Origin: Myxococcota bacterium
GTDB taxonomy: Bacteria; Myxococcota_A; UBA796; UBA2385
Direction: 5' to 3'
DNA length: 64,000 nt
NCBI GenBank assembly: GCA_044344255.1
Contig: JBIJDH010000005.1
Coordinates: 1 to 64,000, forward strand
In this document: positions 49,836 through 61,095 of the stretch, in pieces
Position numbering within the stretch: position 1 is the first letter of the stretch
How the letters are laid out: each line of letters starts with the position of its first letter
Position numbers and translations under genes: made by a program
The notes under the pieces: model-generated
The model's database searches: none
The model's input: the letters and a program-made list of their open reading frames with translations, nothing else
What the model was told of the DNA's origin: nothing

Positions 49836-52091
49836 ATGCGGATCGGTCGACCGTCGCTCTTGCTCTCGCTCGCCTTCGCCCTCGGCCTCACGGCGGTCGG
49901 GTGTAAGGGTGAGGTCCCGGCCGATTCGGACGGAGACACCTGGCTCGACCTGAGCGACTGCGGTCCCGACGACCCCCTCGTCCACCCCAACGGCGAGGAG
50001 CGCTGTGGGAACGACCTCGACGATGACTGTGACGGGTCTGTGGACGAAGACGATGCGGCGGACGCCACGCTCTACTACGTAGACGGTGACGACGACGGGT
50101 TTGGGGACCCTACCACCGCCCTCGCCCGCTGCGCCGACCCCGGCGAGGGCTTCTCTGAGCTCAACACCGACTGTGATGACAGCGACGCGGAGATCAGCCC
50201 CGAAAGCGCCTGGTACGCCGATCGCGATCACGACGGCTTCGGCGCCGGGGACGCGGTGCGCTCCTGTGCCCCGTACAGCGAGGAGGACGCTGTCCCCTAT
50301 GTGCGCCAGGGCGGTGACTGCGACGATGACCGGCCCCAGGTGAGCCCCACCGCGGTCGAGTCCTGCAACACGCTCGACGACGACTGTGACGGCCTCGCCG
50401 ATGAAGAGGTCACGACGCGCTACTACGTGGACGCCGACGGAGACGAGCACGGCGACCCGCTCTCTTACGAGGACGCCTGCTTCCGCCCCGAGGGGTCTGT
50501 CCTCGTGGGCGATGACTGTGACGACACCGACGCCCTCATCTGCCCCGACGCGCCGCGCATCTGTAACGACGGCATCGACAACGCCTGCGACGGGGCCCCC
50601 GCGGAGTGGCTGTCCTGCAGCGCCGCCTCCGCCTCGGCCACCGTCACCTACCTCGGCGGCGCGGCCTTCGAGTACGCAGGCTCGGCGGTGAACGACGTCG
50701 GCGACATCGACGGAGACGGCGTGGACGAGCTGCTCATCGGCGCGACCGAGCGCGCGAGCGACCCCGAGTCGACCGCCGAGGGGGGCGCCTGGCTCGTGTG
50801 GAGCGATCCCGACGCCGAGGGGCTGCTCGAGCTCGGGGACGCCGCCGGGCCCCGCAGCCTGCTCTTCGAGGGCGTCGAGGCGGGGGACAAGGCCGGGGTG
50901 GACGTCACTTCAGCCGGTGACATGAACGACGACGGTTACCCGGACCTCGTCGTGACCGCCTATGCCTATAACTCACCCGCGACCGCGAGCCACACCGCCG
51001 CGGGAGGTGTCTTCATCTTCTCGGGCTTCGACCTGCTCACCGACTCCGGGAGCGGGCCCACCGGGTTGACCGGTACCCTCAATCTGTCGACCGCGAACGC
51101 CGTCTATTACGGTGGGTTCCAGGCAGACTGGCTCGGCGAGGACGCCGCTGGGGCCGGTGATCTCAACGACGATGGCTTCGACGACCTGATCGTCGGCGCC
51201 CGGGGGCGCGCCTCGGGCTCCGACTCCTCGGCGGGGGCCATCCTCATCATCCACGGCGGCGCTGCGCTCGAAGGCGGCGGGAACGTCAACACGCTCGGCG
51301 GCGCGCTGTCCGGGGCCATCCTCGAAGGAGAGGCCGACAGCGACCACGAGAAGCTGCTGATCGGGAGCACGATGGCGGGCGCCGCCGACTTCAACGGCGA
51401 CGGGCTCGGAGACATCGCGGTCGGTAGCTGGAAGCATCAGGGTGAGCGCGGGGGCGTCTATGTGGTCACCCACACGGTGAGCGGCACCGAGTCGCTCGCC
51501 GACTCGGACTTCTTCTTCGACGGACCGGGCGCGGACACGCTCTGTGGCTGGATCGTCCGCGCCTACGAGGGGCCGGCGGGCGTCTCGAACCTCGTCGTGA
51601 GCTGCCCTCACTACAACGCCGACGGCGCGGGGGCGGTGCTGGTGATCGCGGGTTCGACCGAGCTCGACAGCGCGGGGCGGGCGCAGTCCCTGGCCGATGC
51701 GGACAGCGTCTACGTCGGCGCCGAGCCCGGTGATGGGATGGGCTGGGGGATGGACGTCGGTGGAGACGTCAACGGGGACGGCGAGGCCGACCTCCTCGTC
51801 GGCGCCACCGGGGACACCTCTGGCTTCTACGGTCAGGTGCGGATCTTCTACGGCCCGCTCACCGATCCAGACGGCGGGCTCCTCACCGTCGCCGCCGAGG
51901 AGGCCGCGGTGGTGCTCGAGAGCACCGACATCCTCAGCCTCTTTGGCGCCGAGCTGGCCTTCGTCGGTTCGCGGGGCGGCGCCGGGGACGCGGTGGCGAT
52001 CGGCGCGAGCCAGTTCGACTCCGTCACCGGTGAGGGGACCGTCGTCGACCGCGGCGCGGTGCACCTCTGGTCGGGCTTCACCCAGCCCTGA
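49836..52091 (+). CDS. DCDD-repeat + FG-GAP beta-propeller lipoprotein; cassette 3
   Basis: AVGC lipobox; several DCDD units; GDIDGDGVDELLIGA, GDMNDDGYPDL, GDLNDDGFDDLIVGA, GDVNGDGEADLLVGA. Confidence 0.88.
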   Translation: MRIGRPSLLLSLAFALGLTAVGCKGEVPADSDGDTWLDLSDCGPDDPLVHPNGEERCGNDLDDDCDGSVDEDDAADATLYYVDGDDDGFGDPTTALARCADPGEGFSELNTDCDDSDAEISPESAWYADRDHDGFGAGDAVRSCAPYSEEDAVPYVRQGGDCDDDRPQVSPTAVESCNTLDDDCDGLADEEVTTRYYVDADGDEHGDPLSYEDACFRPEGSVLVGDDCDDTDALICPDAPRICNDGIDNACDGAPAEWLSCSAASASATVTYLGGAAFEYAGSAVNDVGDIDGDGVDELLIGATERASDPESTAEGGAWLVWSDPDAEGLLELGDAAGPRSLLFEGVEAGDKAGVDVTSAGDMNDDGYPDLVVTAYAYNSPATASHTAAGGVFIFSGFDLLTDSGSGPTGLTGTLNLSTANAVYYGGFQADWLGEDAAGAGDLNDDGFDDLIVGARGRASGSDSSAGAILIIHGGAALEGGGNVNTLGGALSGAILEGEADSDHEKLLIGSTMAGAADFNGDGLGDIAVGSWKHQGERGGVYVVTHTVSGTESLADSDFFFDGPGADTLCGWIVRAYEGPAGVSNLVVSCPHYNADGAGAVLVIAGSTELDSAGRAQSLADADSVYVGAEPGDGMGWGMDVGGDVNGDGEADLLVGATGDTSGFYGQVRIFYGPLTDPDGGLLTVAAEEAAVVLESTDILSLFGAELAFVGSRGGAGDAVAIGASQFDSVTGEGTVVDRGAVHLWSGFTQP

Positions 52092-52135
52092 GGTCCCCCG
52101 CCGACAGGCCCTCGGGGGCTCCCCGGCGCCGAAGC

Positions 52136-53362
52136 TCAGCGGATCCACCCGAGAGAGAGCGCGCCCGGCCCGAGGCTGACCGTGGGTGCGGCGCTCTGGA
52201 CGGCCCAGCTCGACCCCGTGAGCAGCAGGCCGGTGACGGCCGCGCCGCCGGAGCCCCAAGCGACCGCCCGCCATGCGTCCCCATCGGCGAGGCGATGGTC
52301 GCGCAGGATCGTGGTGTTCTCCCAGCTCGGCGCCGTGGACGCGCGCTCCACCTGACGCCAGGCGACCAGGGTCAGGGCCGTCCCGCCGACCGCGAGGGTC
52401 AGCCCGGAGCTGCGCAGGCCCGAGCGGAGGGCGACCCGCTTCAAGGGATCCGGCGTGACGGGGATCGAGAGGGGCCGCCAGGCGCCCTCCGACAGCTCCC
52501 AGACCGCGCCGCCGACGCTCGCGTAGGCGGGGCCGCCCCCGCTGGCCTCGGCCACGAGGCGCCCGAGCCAGGCCCCCGTCACCTCGGCGCTGAGCGAGGC
52601 ACCCTGGACTCCGGCGGGGCCGATCAGCAGGGGCTCTTGGTCAGCCCTCGCGTCGAGGACCCAGGTGGTGACGCCGCCCCCGGCCTCTCGGGCGCTCAAG
52701 AGCTGCAGGATGTGTCGGCCGGCCCGGAGGCTGAGGCGCCCCTCTTCGGGCTCGGCGGGGCGACCGTCCACCCACAGCGTGCCGCCGGCCAGGGCGCCCG
52801 GGGCGATCGCGATCCCGGTTTGGGCGGCGCTCGCCTCTTGGGTGACGCAGGCCTCGTAGCCTGGCCGCCCGTCTGGGTTGTAGTTGGGGTCCCAGGCCTT
52901 GTTCGGGGTAAAGCGGCGCGCCGACAGGAAGTAGACGCAGGCGTCCGTCTCGTGGAGCTCCTGGGCCACGAGGCCCCGCAGGTACGTGAGGTCGGTGGCG
53001 ACCGAAGCCTCGAGCGGCTCCTGAAGGCAGGGGAGCCGGTCGAGGGCGGCGCTGGCCTGGGCGGCCGAATCGGCCCAGACCTGCCGGAGGTAGAGCTGGT
53101 TGGCCTTCCGGAGGTCCTCCCGCAGGGCGGCGTTGGTGGTGGGGGCCCCGCCGCAGGCGGCTGCAACAGGGCCGTCCACGAAGCGTGGCGCGCCCGACTG
53201 GCCGAGGCCGCTGAGGGGGCGGGGGTCCAAGGTGTAGGGGGGGGCGCCGGTCGCCCGGCTGACCCGGTCTACGGCGATCGCAGGGTCGCCTTCGTACACC
53301 ACGATGCGGTCGGTGGCGAAGGCGGGGGTGGACAGAAAATAACAAAGGATAAACGATATCAA
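52136..53362 (-). CDS. Secreted 'LPCL' protein; cassette 3
   Basis: Signal peptide ..TPAFA (TTG 53362; ATG 53404 is an alternative); ACGGA..LPCL-x16-GL..GTLWVDG; hydrophobic hairpin. Confidence 0.78.
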   Translation of the reverse strand: MISFILCYFLSTPAFATDRIVVYEGDPAIAVDRVSRATGAPPYTLDPRPLSGLGQSGAPRFVDGPVAAACGGAPTTNAALREDLRKANQLYLRQVWADSAAQASAALDRLPCLQEPLEASVATDLTYLRGLVAQELHETDACVYFLSARRFTPNKAWDPNYNPDGRPGYEACVTQEASAAQTGIAIAPGALAGGTLWVDGRPAEPEEGRLSLRAGRHILQLLSAREAGGGVTTWVLDARADQEPLLIGPAGVQGASLSAEVTGAWLGRLVAEASGGGPAYASVGGAVWELSEGAWRPLSIPVTPDPLKRVALRSGLRSSGLTLAVGGTALTLVAWRQVERASTAPSWENTTILRDHRLADGDAWRAVAWGSGGAAVTGLLLTGSSWAVQSAAPTVSLGPGALSLGWIR

Positions 53363-53493
53363 ATCGGCCCTCGCTCTTCGCTGCCCTGCGGTGAAACACC
53401 CCATCGCGCGCGCTGGGAGGGGGCGACGCTCCTGACCGGCTCGTAACGAGCGCTCGCCGGGCCCGCCGCTCGCGACCGCTATACTGAGGAGCC

Positions 53494-55083
<1,590 letters not shown>

Positions 55084-55107
55084 GCGGCGCTACAGGGGCG
55101 CCCAGGC

Positions 55108-56148
55108 TCAGCCCGGCCCCCCGGTGGCCCCGGCTCGGATCCGCACCAGGACGGCCTTGTGGTCGGTGTTGGGCATGCGGCGGTGCGCGAGGCTCAAGAG
55201 CTCGACCTCACCGAGCAGCGCCTGATCGAGGCGGAAGAAGGGGGCGTCCGGCCAGCCGCCGCCGGCGGGCCAGGTGGCCCCCCAGACCCCCGTCCAGGCG
55301 AAGGCGTCGCGGAGACCGCGGTCCTGGAGGAGGCGCAGCGCGGGACTGTGGGGGACGCTGTTGAAGTCCCCCACCAGGGCGACGGGGTCGCCGGCCGCGC
55401 AGGGGGCCCAGGCCCGCTTCATTCGACCGCCCTCGAGGGCGTCGGCCACCACGCGCATGTAGGGCATGAGCCCGGTGGGGTCCTTCGGCGCTGGGGTGGG
55501 CCCATGGAGGCCGAGGAGGCAGAGCGGCCCCGGCAGTCGGATGATCGCCAGGGGCATGGTCATCGTGGGGGAGCCGAACTCGGGCGTCACCCGAGCCTCA
55601 CAGGGGACGCCGTCCGAACAGAAGATCGCCGTGGCGTGGCTGACCCGGATCATGGGTTCTTGGAAGTTGTCCGCCACGCGCCGCATGCCGGGGACCGCCG
55701 TCGCCCGCTTCTCGATGACGATCGCGACGTCGGCCCCGGTCGCGGCGATCGCCGCTTCGAGGGTGCGGGGATCGGCCTCGTCGCTGTAGGCGTTGACGTT
55801 TGTGCTGAGCACCAGGACGCCGCCCTCGCCGCTCGGCCAGAAGGCGGGCGGGAGGCCCATCAGCGTCAGGCCGAGCACCGCGGCGCTGAGGCAAGGGGCG
55901 GCGCGCCGACTGAACAGCCAGACCAGGAGGGACCAGGCGGGCCAGGCGGCCATCGCCCAGGCGGGCCCCATCAAGAGCCCGGCCAGCAGCATCTGGCCCT
56001 CGACGCTCTCCTCCGAGCAGAGCTGCGCCAGCAGGGGCCCGGCCAGCGCGCCGAGCGGCGGCAGCGCGAGCAGCGGCAGGGCCCATCTTCGACGACGGCC
56101 GCGCGGGTCGGTGAGCGTCGGGGGAGCGGAGGTGGGGGCGTCCGGCAT
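55108..56148 (-). CDS. Membrane-anchored endonuclease/exonuclease/phosphatase (EEP) family protein
   Basis: STNVN, DVAIVIE, VGDFNS, TWP..RLD, TDHKAV motifs after three TM helices. Confidence 0.82.
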   Translation of the reverse strand: MPDAPTSAPPTLTDPRGRRRRWALPLLALPPLGALAGPLLAQLCSEESVEGQMLLAGLLMGPAWAMAAWPAWSLLVWLFSRRAAPCLSAAVLGLTLMGLPPAFWPSGEGGVLVLSTNVNAYSDEADPRTLEAAIAATGADVAIVIEKRATAVPGMRRVADNFQEPMIRVSHATAIFCSDGVPCEARVTPEFGSPTMTMPLAIIRLPGPLCLLGLHGPTPAPKDPTGLMPYMRVVADALEGGRMKRAWAPCAAGDPVALVGDFNSVPHSPALRLLQDRGLRDAFAWTGVWGATWPAGGGWPDAPFFRLDQALLGEVELLSLAHRRMPNTDHKAVLVRIRAGATGGPG

Positions 56149-56234
56149 CGGCCGTCCCTAACCTCGGCGCGGCGCCTGACCCCGGGCAGCGGCGGGGCGA
56201 GGCCGCTGGGGCGCCTCGCGGTTATGGCGGCGGC

Positions 56235-57266
56235 ATGTCTCACGCATCGCCTCAGGCACCTCTCATCGTCCGCGCCCTTCGGGGCGAAACCACCGAGCGT
56301 CCCCCCGTCTGGTTCATGCGCCAGGCCGGACGTTACCTGCCCGAGTACCGGGCGATCCGCGCGAAGTCGAGCTTCCTCGAGCTCTGCCACACGCCGGAGC
56401 TCGCCGCGGAGGTGACGCTGCAGCCGCTCCGCCGCTTCGGCTTCGACGCCGGCATCCTCTTCAGCGACATCCTCGTGCCGCTGCAGCCGATGGGCGCGCA
56501 CCTCGTCTTCGGGCCGGGGGAGGGGCCGAGCTTCCCCGAGCCCATCCGAGACCGCGCCGGCGTAGACGCGCTGCACGCCTTCGATCCAGCGCGCGACCTC
56601 CCGGCGCCGCTCGAGACCATGCGCATCTGCGCCCGTGAGGCCGGCGTCCCGATGCTCGGCTTCTGCGGCGCGCCCTGGACGCTCGCCTGCTACCTCGTCG
56701 AGGGGAAGGGCTCGGACGCCTGGACCCACCCCAAGCGCCTGATGTGGTCCGATCCGGTCGCCTTTCAGGCCCTGCTCGACAAGCTCGCCGACGCCATGGG
56801 CGACCACCTCCAGGCCCAGGTCGAGGCCGGCGCCGCCGGGGTCCAGCTCTTTGACACCTGGCTCGGCGCCCTCTCGGTCGAGGACGCCCGTCGCTGGGCC
56901 CTCCCCGCCGCGGCCCGCGCCCTCGCCCGCGTGAAGGGGGTGCCCCGCCTCTACTTCACCCGGGAGTCCTCCGCATTTTTGCCCTACCTCCACGAGACCG
57001 GCGCCGACGGCTTCGCCCTCGACTGGCGGGCGGAGCTCGGGCGGGCCCGCGCCACCTTCGGCCCCGACGTCCCGGTGCAGGGCAACCTCGACCCCACCGC
57101 CCTCTTCGCGCCCCCCGACGAGATCCGGAGGCGGGTCCACGACATCATCCGCGCCGCAGGGCCGCGGGGCCATGTCTTCAACCTCGGCCACGGCATCCAC
57201 CAGGAGACGCCGATCAGCGGGGTCTCGGCCGCGGTGGAGGCGGTCAAGGAGTGGACGTGGACCTGA
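56235..57266 (+). CDS. hemE: Uroporphyrinogen decarboxylase
   Basis: PPVWFMRQAGRYLPEY, ILFSDIL, GFCGAPWTLACY, FNLGHGI. Confidence 0.97.
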   Translation: MSHASPQAPLIVRALRGETTERPPVWFMRQAGRYLPEYRAIRAKSSFLELCHTPELAAEVTLQPLRRFGFDAGILFSDILVPLQPMGAHLVFGPGEGPSFPEPIRDRAGVDALHAFDPARDLPAPLETMRICAREAGVPMLGFCGAPWTLACYLVEGKGSDAWTHPKRLMWSDPVAFQALLDKLADAMGDHLQAQVEAGAAGVQLFDTWLGALSVEDARRWALPAAARALARVKGVPRLYFTRESSAFLPYLHETGADGFALDWRAELGRARATFGPDVPVQGNLDPTALFAPPDEIRRRVHDIIRAAGPRGHVFNLGHGIHQETPISGVSAAVEAVKEWTWT

Positions 57267-58615
57267 GTCCGGAGCTCCTGCTCAAGTACAATCGGCCCGG
57301 GCCCCGTTACACGAGCTACCCCACCGCCCCGATCTGGCGGGAGGACTTCCCCGAGGAGGACGTCCGGCTGGCCCTGACGGAGGTGCGCGCGCCGGCCACG
57401 GTCTACGTGCACATCCCCTTCTGCCGGGAGCAGTGCACCTTCTGCGGCTGCAACATGGTGGTGGCGGGGCGGCGGGAGCCCGGCACCCGCTACCTCGACG
57501 ACCTCGAGCGGCAGGTCGAGGCCCTCGCCCTGCCGGGGCCCACGCTCGAGGTGGCGCGGATCCACCTCGGCGGCGGCACCCCCACCTGGCTCAGCGCCGA
57601 TGAGCTGTCGCGGCTCTACGAGATCCTCTACCGCCGCTTTCGGCCCGCTCCCGGGGCTGAGCTCTCTGTGGAGGCCGATCCCGAGGTCACGAGCGACGAG
57701 CAGGTCCACCGCCTGCGGGAGCTCGGGGTCAACCGCCTGAGCATGGGCGTGCAGAGCTTTGACCCCAAGGTCCTCGCCGCGGTGAACCGGCCCCAGCGTC
57801 AGAGCCGGGTCTCCGACATCCTCACGCTGGCCCGCTCGCTCGGGATGTACAGCCTGAACCTCGATCTCATCTACGGCTTGCCCTACCAGACGGCCGACTC
57901 CTTCGCCGACACCCTCGACCGCACGCTGGAGATGCGCCCCGATCGGCTGGCGATCTTCGGCTACGCGCATGTGCCCTGGCTCAAGCCGCACATGAAGAAG
58001 ATGGAGGCCGAGGCCCTCCCGGGGCCGGTCGACCGCGCCCGCCTCTTCCTGCTCGCGCACGAGCGCCTCACCGCCGCCGGGTACCAGGCGATCGGCCTCG
58101 ACCACTTCGCCCTCCCCGACGACGAGCTCGCGGTGGCCCAGCGGGAGCGGCGCCTCCACCGCAACTTCATGGGCTACACCACCCGCCCCGACCACGATCT
58201 CGTGGGCATCGGCATGAGCGCGATCTCCGAGCTCGGGCCGACCTATGTGCAGCAGAAGGTGAAGCTGTCGGACTGGTGGCGGGCCATCGAGTCGGGGAGC
58301 TCGACCGTGGAGAAGGGGGCGCGGCTCACCGCCGAAGACCTGCTCCGCCGCGAGGTCATCAACCGGATCATGTGCAACTTCGTCGTGCCCTACGCGGTCG
58401 TCGAGGCGCGCCACGGCATCGACTTCCGGGCCCACTTCGCCGCAGAGCTCGCCGCCCTCGAGCCCCTCGAGGCGGAGGGCCTCGTCGCGCGCGGCGCGGA
58501 CGGCCTGCGTGTGCCCGACGGGGCGCGGCTGCTCGTCCGCAACGTGGCGATGGCCTTTGACGCCTACCTCGCCCCCGCGGCGCCGGGCCGCCCCCGCTAC
58601 AGCCAGACGGTCTGA
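57251..58615 (+). CDS. hemN: Oxygen-independent coproporphyrinogen III oxidase
   Basis: KYNRPGPRYTSYP, YVHIPFCREQCTFCGC, GGGTP, HRNFMGY. Confidence 0.96.
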   Translation: MDVDLSPELLLKYNRPGPRYTSYPTAPIWREDFPEEDVRLALTEVRAPATVYVHIPFCREQCTFCGCNMVVAGRREPGTRYLDDLERQVEALALPGPTLEVARIHLGGGTPTWLSADELSRLYEILYRRFRPAPGAELSVEADPEVTSDEQVHRLRELGVNRLSMGVQSFDPKVLAAVNRPQRQSRVSDILTLARSLGMYSLNLDLIYGLPYQTADSFADTLDRTLEMRPDRLAIFGYAHVPWLKPHMKKMEAEALPGPVDRARLFLLAHERLTAAGYQAIGLDHFALPDDELAVAQRERRLHRNFMGYTTRPDHDLVGIGMSAISELGPTYVQQKVKLSDWWRAIESGSSTVEKGARLTAEDLLRREVINRIMCNFVVPYAVVEARHGIDFRAHFAAELAALEPLEAEGLVARGADGLRVPDGARLLVRNVAMAFDAYLAPAAPGRPRYSQTV

Positions 58616-58620
58616 GCCGG

Positions 58621-59682
58621 ATGGCCACCCGCACGCATGTCTGGCTGCTGAACATGGGGGGGCCCGACTCCCCGCTGGCGGTGCGCCCCTTCCTCCAGCG
58701 CCTCCTCGGCGACCCCCGCGTCATCCCGCTGCCATTCCTGTGGCTGCAAGCGCTCTTCGCCTGGTTGATCGCCTGGAAGCGCGCGCGCGAGGTGATCCCG
58801 GCCTACGAGCGGATGGGCGGCCAGAGCCCCCAGCTCGCGATGGTGGGGGAGCAGGCGAGCCGCCTCAACCGCTGCCTCGGCCCGCGCTACGCCTGCGCCC
58901 CGGTGCTCCGCTACTGGGGCCCCTCGGCCGACGCGGCGGCCTCCTCCCTCGCCGACGGCGATCAGGTCGTGCTCCTCTCGCTCTACCCGCATGCCTGCGG
59001 CGCCACGACCACCACCTCCCTCGAGGACGCGCGCCGGGCCTTGGCCACCAAGCGGGTCCAGGTCGCGGAGGTCGAGAGCTACCCGACCGATCCCGCTTAC
59101 ATCGAGGCCGTCGCCGAGACGCTCCGGGAGGCCATCCTCCGCCTCCCGCGGCGGCGCCCCTACGAGGTGCTCTTCAGCGCCCACGGCCTGCCGCTGAGCC
59201 GCGTCGAGGCGGGCGACCCCTACCTCCGCGAGATCGAGGCCACCGTGGCGGCGGTCGTGGGGGCCTGCCGGCTCGCGGCGCCGCACCGCCTCTGCTTCCA
59301 GTCGCGGGTGGGCGTGCAGAAGTGGCTCGCCCCTTCGACCGCCGATCAGCTCCGCGACTGCGCGGCCCGCGGGGTTCGGGCGGTGGTGGTGGTGCCGATC
59401 GCGTTCACCAGCGAGCACATCGAGACCCGCATCGAGCTCGACGAGGAGCTCCGGGAGCTCTCCCACAGCCTCGGCATCGAGCTCTTCGAGCGGGCCGCGA
59501 CCGTCGGCGCCCGCCCCACCTTCGTGCACGCCCTGGCCGAGCTCGTGCGGCGGGCTGAGCGCGGCGCCGGCTGGGCCGTCCCCGAGGATGAGCTGCGGGT
59601 GGCGGTGGCCGAGGCCCTCCGCGCCGAGGCCGAGGCGGAGGCGAAGGATGCGCCGGCGCCCGCCGAAGGGGCCGAGCCGTGA
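58621..59682 (+). CDS. hemH: Ferrochelatase
   Basis: LLNMGGP, LFSAHGLP, GDPY, FQSRVG..WL.PST, PIAFTSEHIET. Confidence 0.95.
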   Translation: MATRTHVWLLNMGGPDSPLAVRPFLQRLLGDPRVIPLPFLWLQALFAWLIAWKRAREVIPAYERMGGQSPQLAMVGEQASRLNRCLGPRYACAPVLRYWGPSADAAASSLADGDQVVLLSLYPHACGATTTTSLEDARRALATKRVQVAEVESYPTDPAYIEAVAETLREAILRLPRRRPYEVLFSAHGLPLSRVEAGDPYLREIEATVAAVVGACRLAAPHRLCFQSRVGVQKWLAPSTADQLRDCAARGVRAVVVVPIAFTSEHIETRIELDEELRELSHSLGIELFERAATVGARPTFVHALAELVRRAERGAGWAVPEDELRVAVAEALRAEAEAEAKDAPAPAEGAEP

Positions 59683-61049
59683 GCGCCCGGGTCATCATCG
59701 TCGGCGGCGGCGTCGCCGGCCTCTCCGCGGCCACCTTCCTCGCCGCCGCGCGGCCCGACCTCGAGCTGCTCGTGCTCGAGGCGAGCGCCCGGGCCGGCGG
59801 CAACGTCCAGAGCGACCGCGAAGACGGGCGGGTCCTCGACCGCGCGGCCAACGGCTGGCTCGACAATGAGCCGGCGATGGGCCGGCTGCTCGCCCTCGCC
59901 GGCCTCGTCGCCCAGCCGGTGGGGGATGGTTTCGGCACCCGCTGGATCTGGGCCGACGGCCTGATGCAGCGGGCGCCGCTGAGCCCGCCGGCGATGATCC
60001 AGACGCGGCTCCTCTCCTTCGGCGCCAAGCTGCGGCTGCTGCTCGAGCCCTTCCTCCCCCGCGGTGGCTCGGAGGACGAGAGCGTCTCTGGCTTCGTGCG
60101 GCGCCGGCTCGGGCAGGCGGCGGTGGATCGGCTGGTGGGGCCGATGGTGGCCGGGGTCTACGGGGCCGACCCCGACCAGCTCTCCCTCAAGGCGGCCTTC
60201 CCCCGGATGGCGGAGCTCGAGAAGGAGCACCGCAGCTTGTTCATCGCCATGCTGCGCCTCCGCCGTGGCGGCGCCCCGCCGGGCCTCCTCCACAGCCTGC
60301 CCGACGGCGCCGGCGGCCTCCCCGAGGCCCTCGCCGCCCGCCTCGGCGCTCGGCTCCAGACCTCCACCCCCGTCACCGCGGTGGAGCCTCGGCGCGGCCG
60401 CTGGCTGGTACACACCGCGGAGGGTGCCGAGGAGGCGGACGCCGTCGTGCTCGCCGCCCCCGCGCACGCCACGGCGCCGATGCTGCGGGGCCTCGATCCC
60501 GAGCTCGCGCGGGCCCTCGAGGACATCCGCTACGCCCCGCTCTCGGTGGTCATCACCGCCTCCCCGCGCGGGGCCTGGCGGACCGATCCCCACGGCTTCG
60601 GCGTGCTCTTCGCCCGGGGCGAGGCGGCGCGGGCGGGCATCCCGGGCGTGCTCGGCACCGTCTTCACCTCGACCCTCTTCCCCAACCAGGCCCGGGAGGG
60701 CGAGGTGCTGCTGCGCACGATGATCGGCGGCGCGGCCTCGCCCGAGGCGGCCGAGCAGGACAGCCAGGCCCTCACCCACCTCACGCGGCGGGCGCACGCC
60801 CTCTGCTTCGGGGAAGAGCGGGTCGAGCCTCACTTCGTTCGCATCTATCGGCACCCGCGGGCGATCCCCCTCTACGCGCCGGGGCACCTCGGCCGCGTCC
60901 GCAGCCTCCGGGCCGGCCAGACCCGCTACCCGGGGCTCTTCTTCATCGGCAACCACACCGACGGCATCGGCGTGAAGGACTGCGCCCGCCAGGGGGAGCA
61001 GGCCTCCGCCCTGGTCTCGGCGCACCTGCCGCTGGGCGCGGGGGGCTGA
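59679..61049 (+). CDS. hemY: Protoporphyrinogen oxidase (HemY-type flavoprotein)
   Basis: IVGGGVAGLSAA, DESV..FVRRRLG, GVYGADP..LS, AIPLY..GH, GIGVKDC; position in the hem operon. Confidence 0.92.
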   Translation: MSARVIIVGGGVAGLSAATFLAAARPDLELLVLEASARAGGNVQSDREDGRVLDRAANGWLDNEPAMGRLLALAGLVAQPVGDGFGTRWIWADGLMQRAPLSPPAMIQTRLLSFGAKLRLLLEPFLPRGGSEDESVSGFVRRRLGQAAVDRLVGPMVAGVYGADPDQLSLKAAFPRMAELEKEHRSLFIAMLRLRRGGAPPGLLHSLPDGAGGLPEALAARLGARLQTSTPVTAVEPRRGRWLVHTAEGAEEADAVVLAAPAHATAPMLRGLDPELARALEDIRYAPLSVVITASPRGAWRTDPHGFGVLFARGEAARAGIPGVLGTVFTSTLFPNQAREGEVLLRTMIGGAASPEAAEQDSQALTHLTRRAHALCFGEERVEPHFVRIYRHPRAIPLYAPGHLGRVRSLRAGQTRYPGLFFIGNHTDGIGVKDCARQGEQASALVSAHLPLGAGG

Positions 61050-61052
61050 CGG

Positions 61053-61087
61053 GCCGGCGCGGCGACCAGGGTCGCCGAGGCGCCGGC
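61053..61087. terminator. GC-rich hairpin between convergent genes
   Basis: GCCGGCGC..CGGCGACC-AG-GGTCGCCG..GCGCCGGC nested inverted repeats; no U-tract. Confidence 0.45.
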
Positions 61088-61095
61088 GCGCGGGC

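Noticed and set aside
56235..61049. hem operon as a novelty
   Set aside because: Ordinary late haem-biosynthesis genes with canonical motifs
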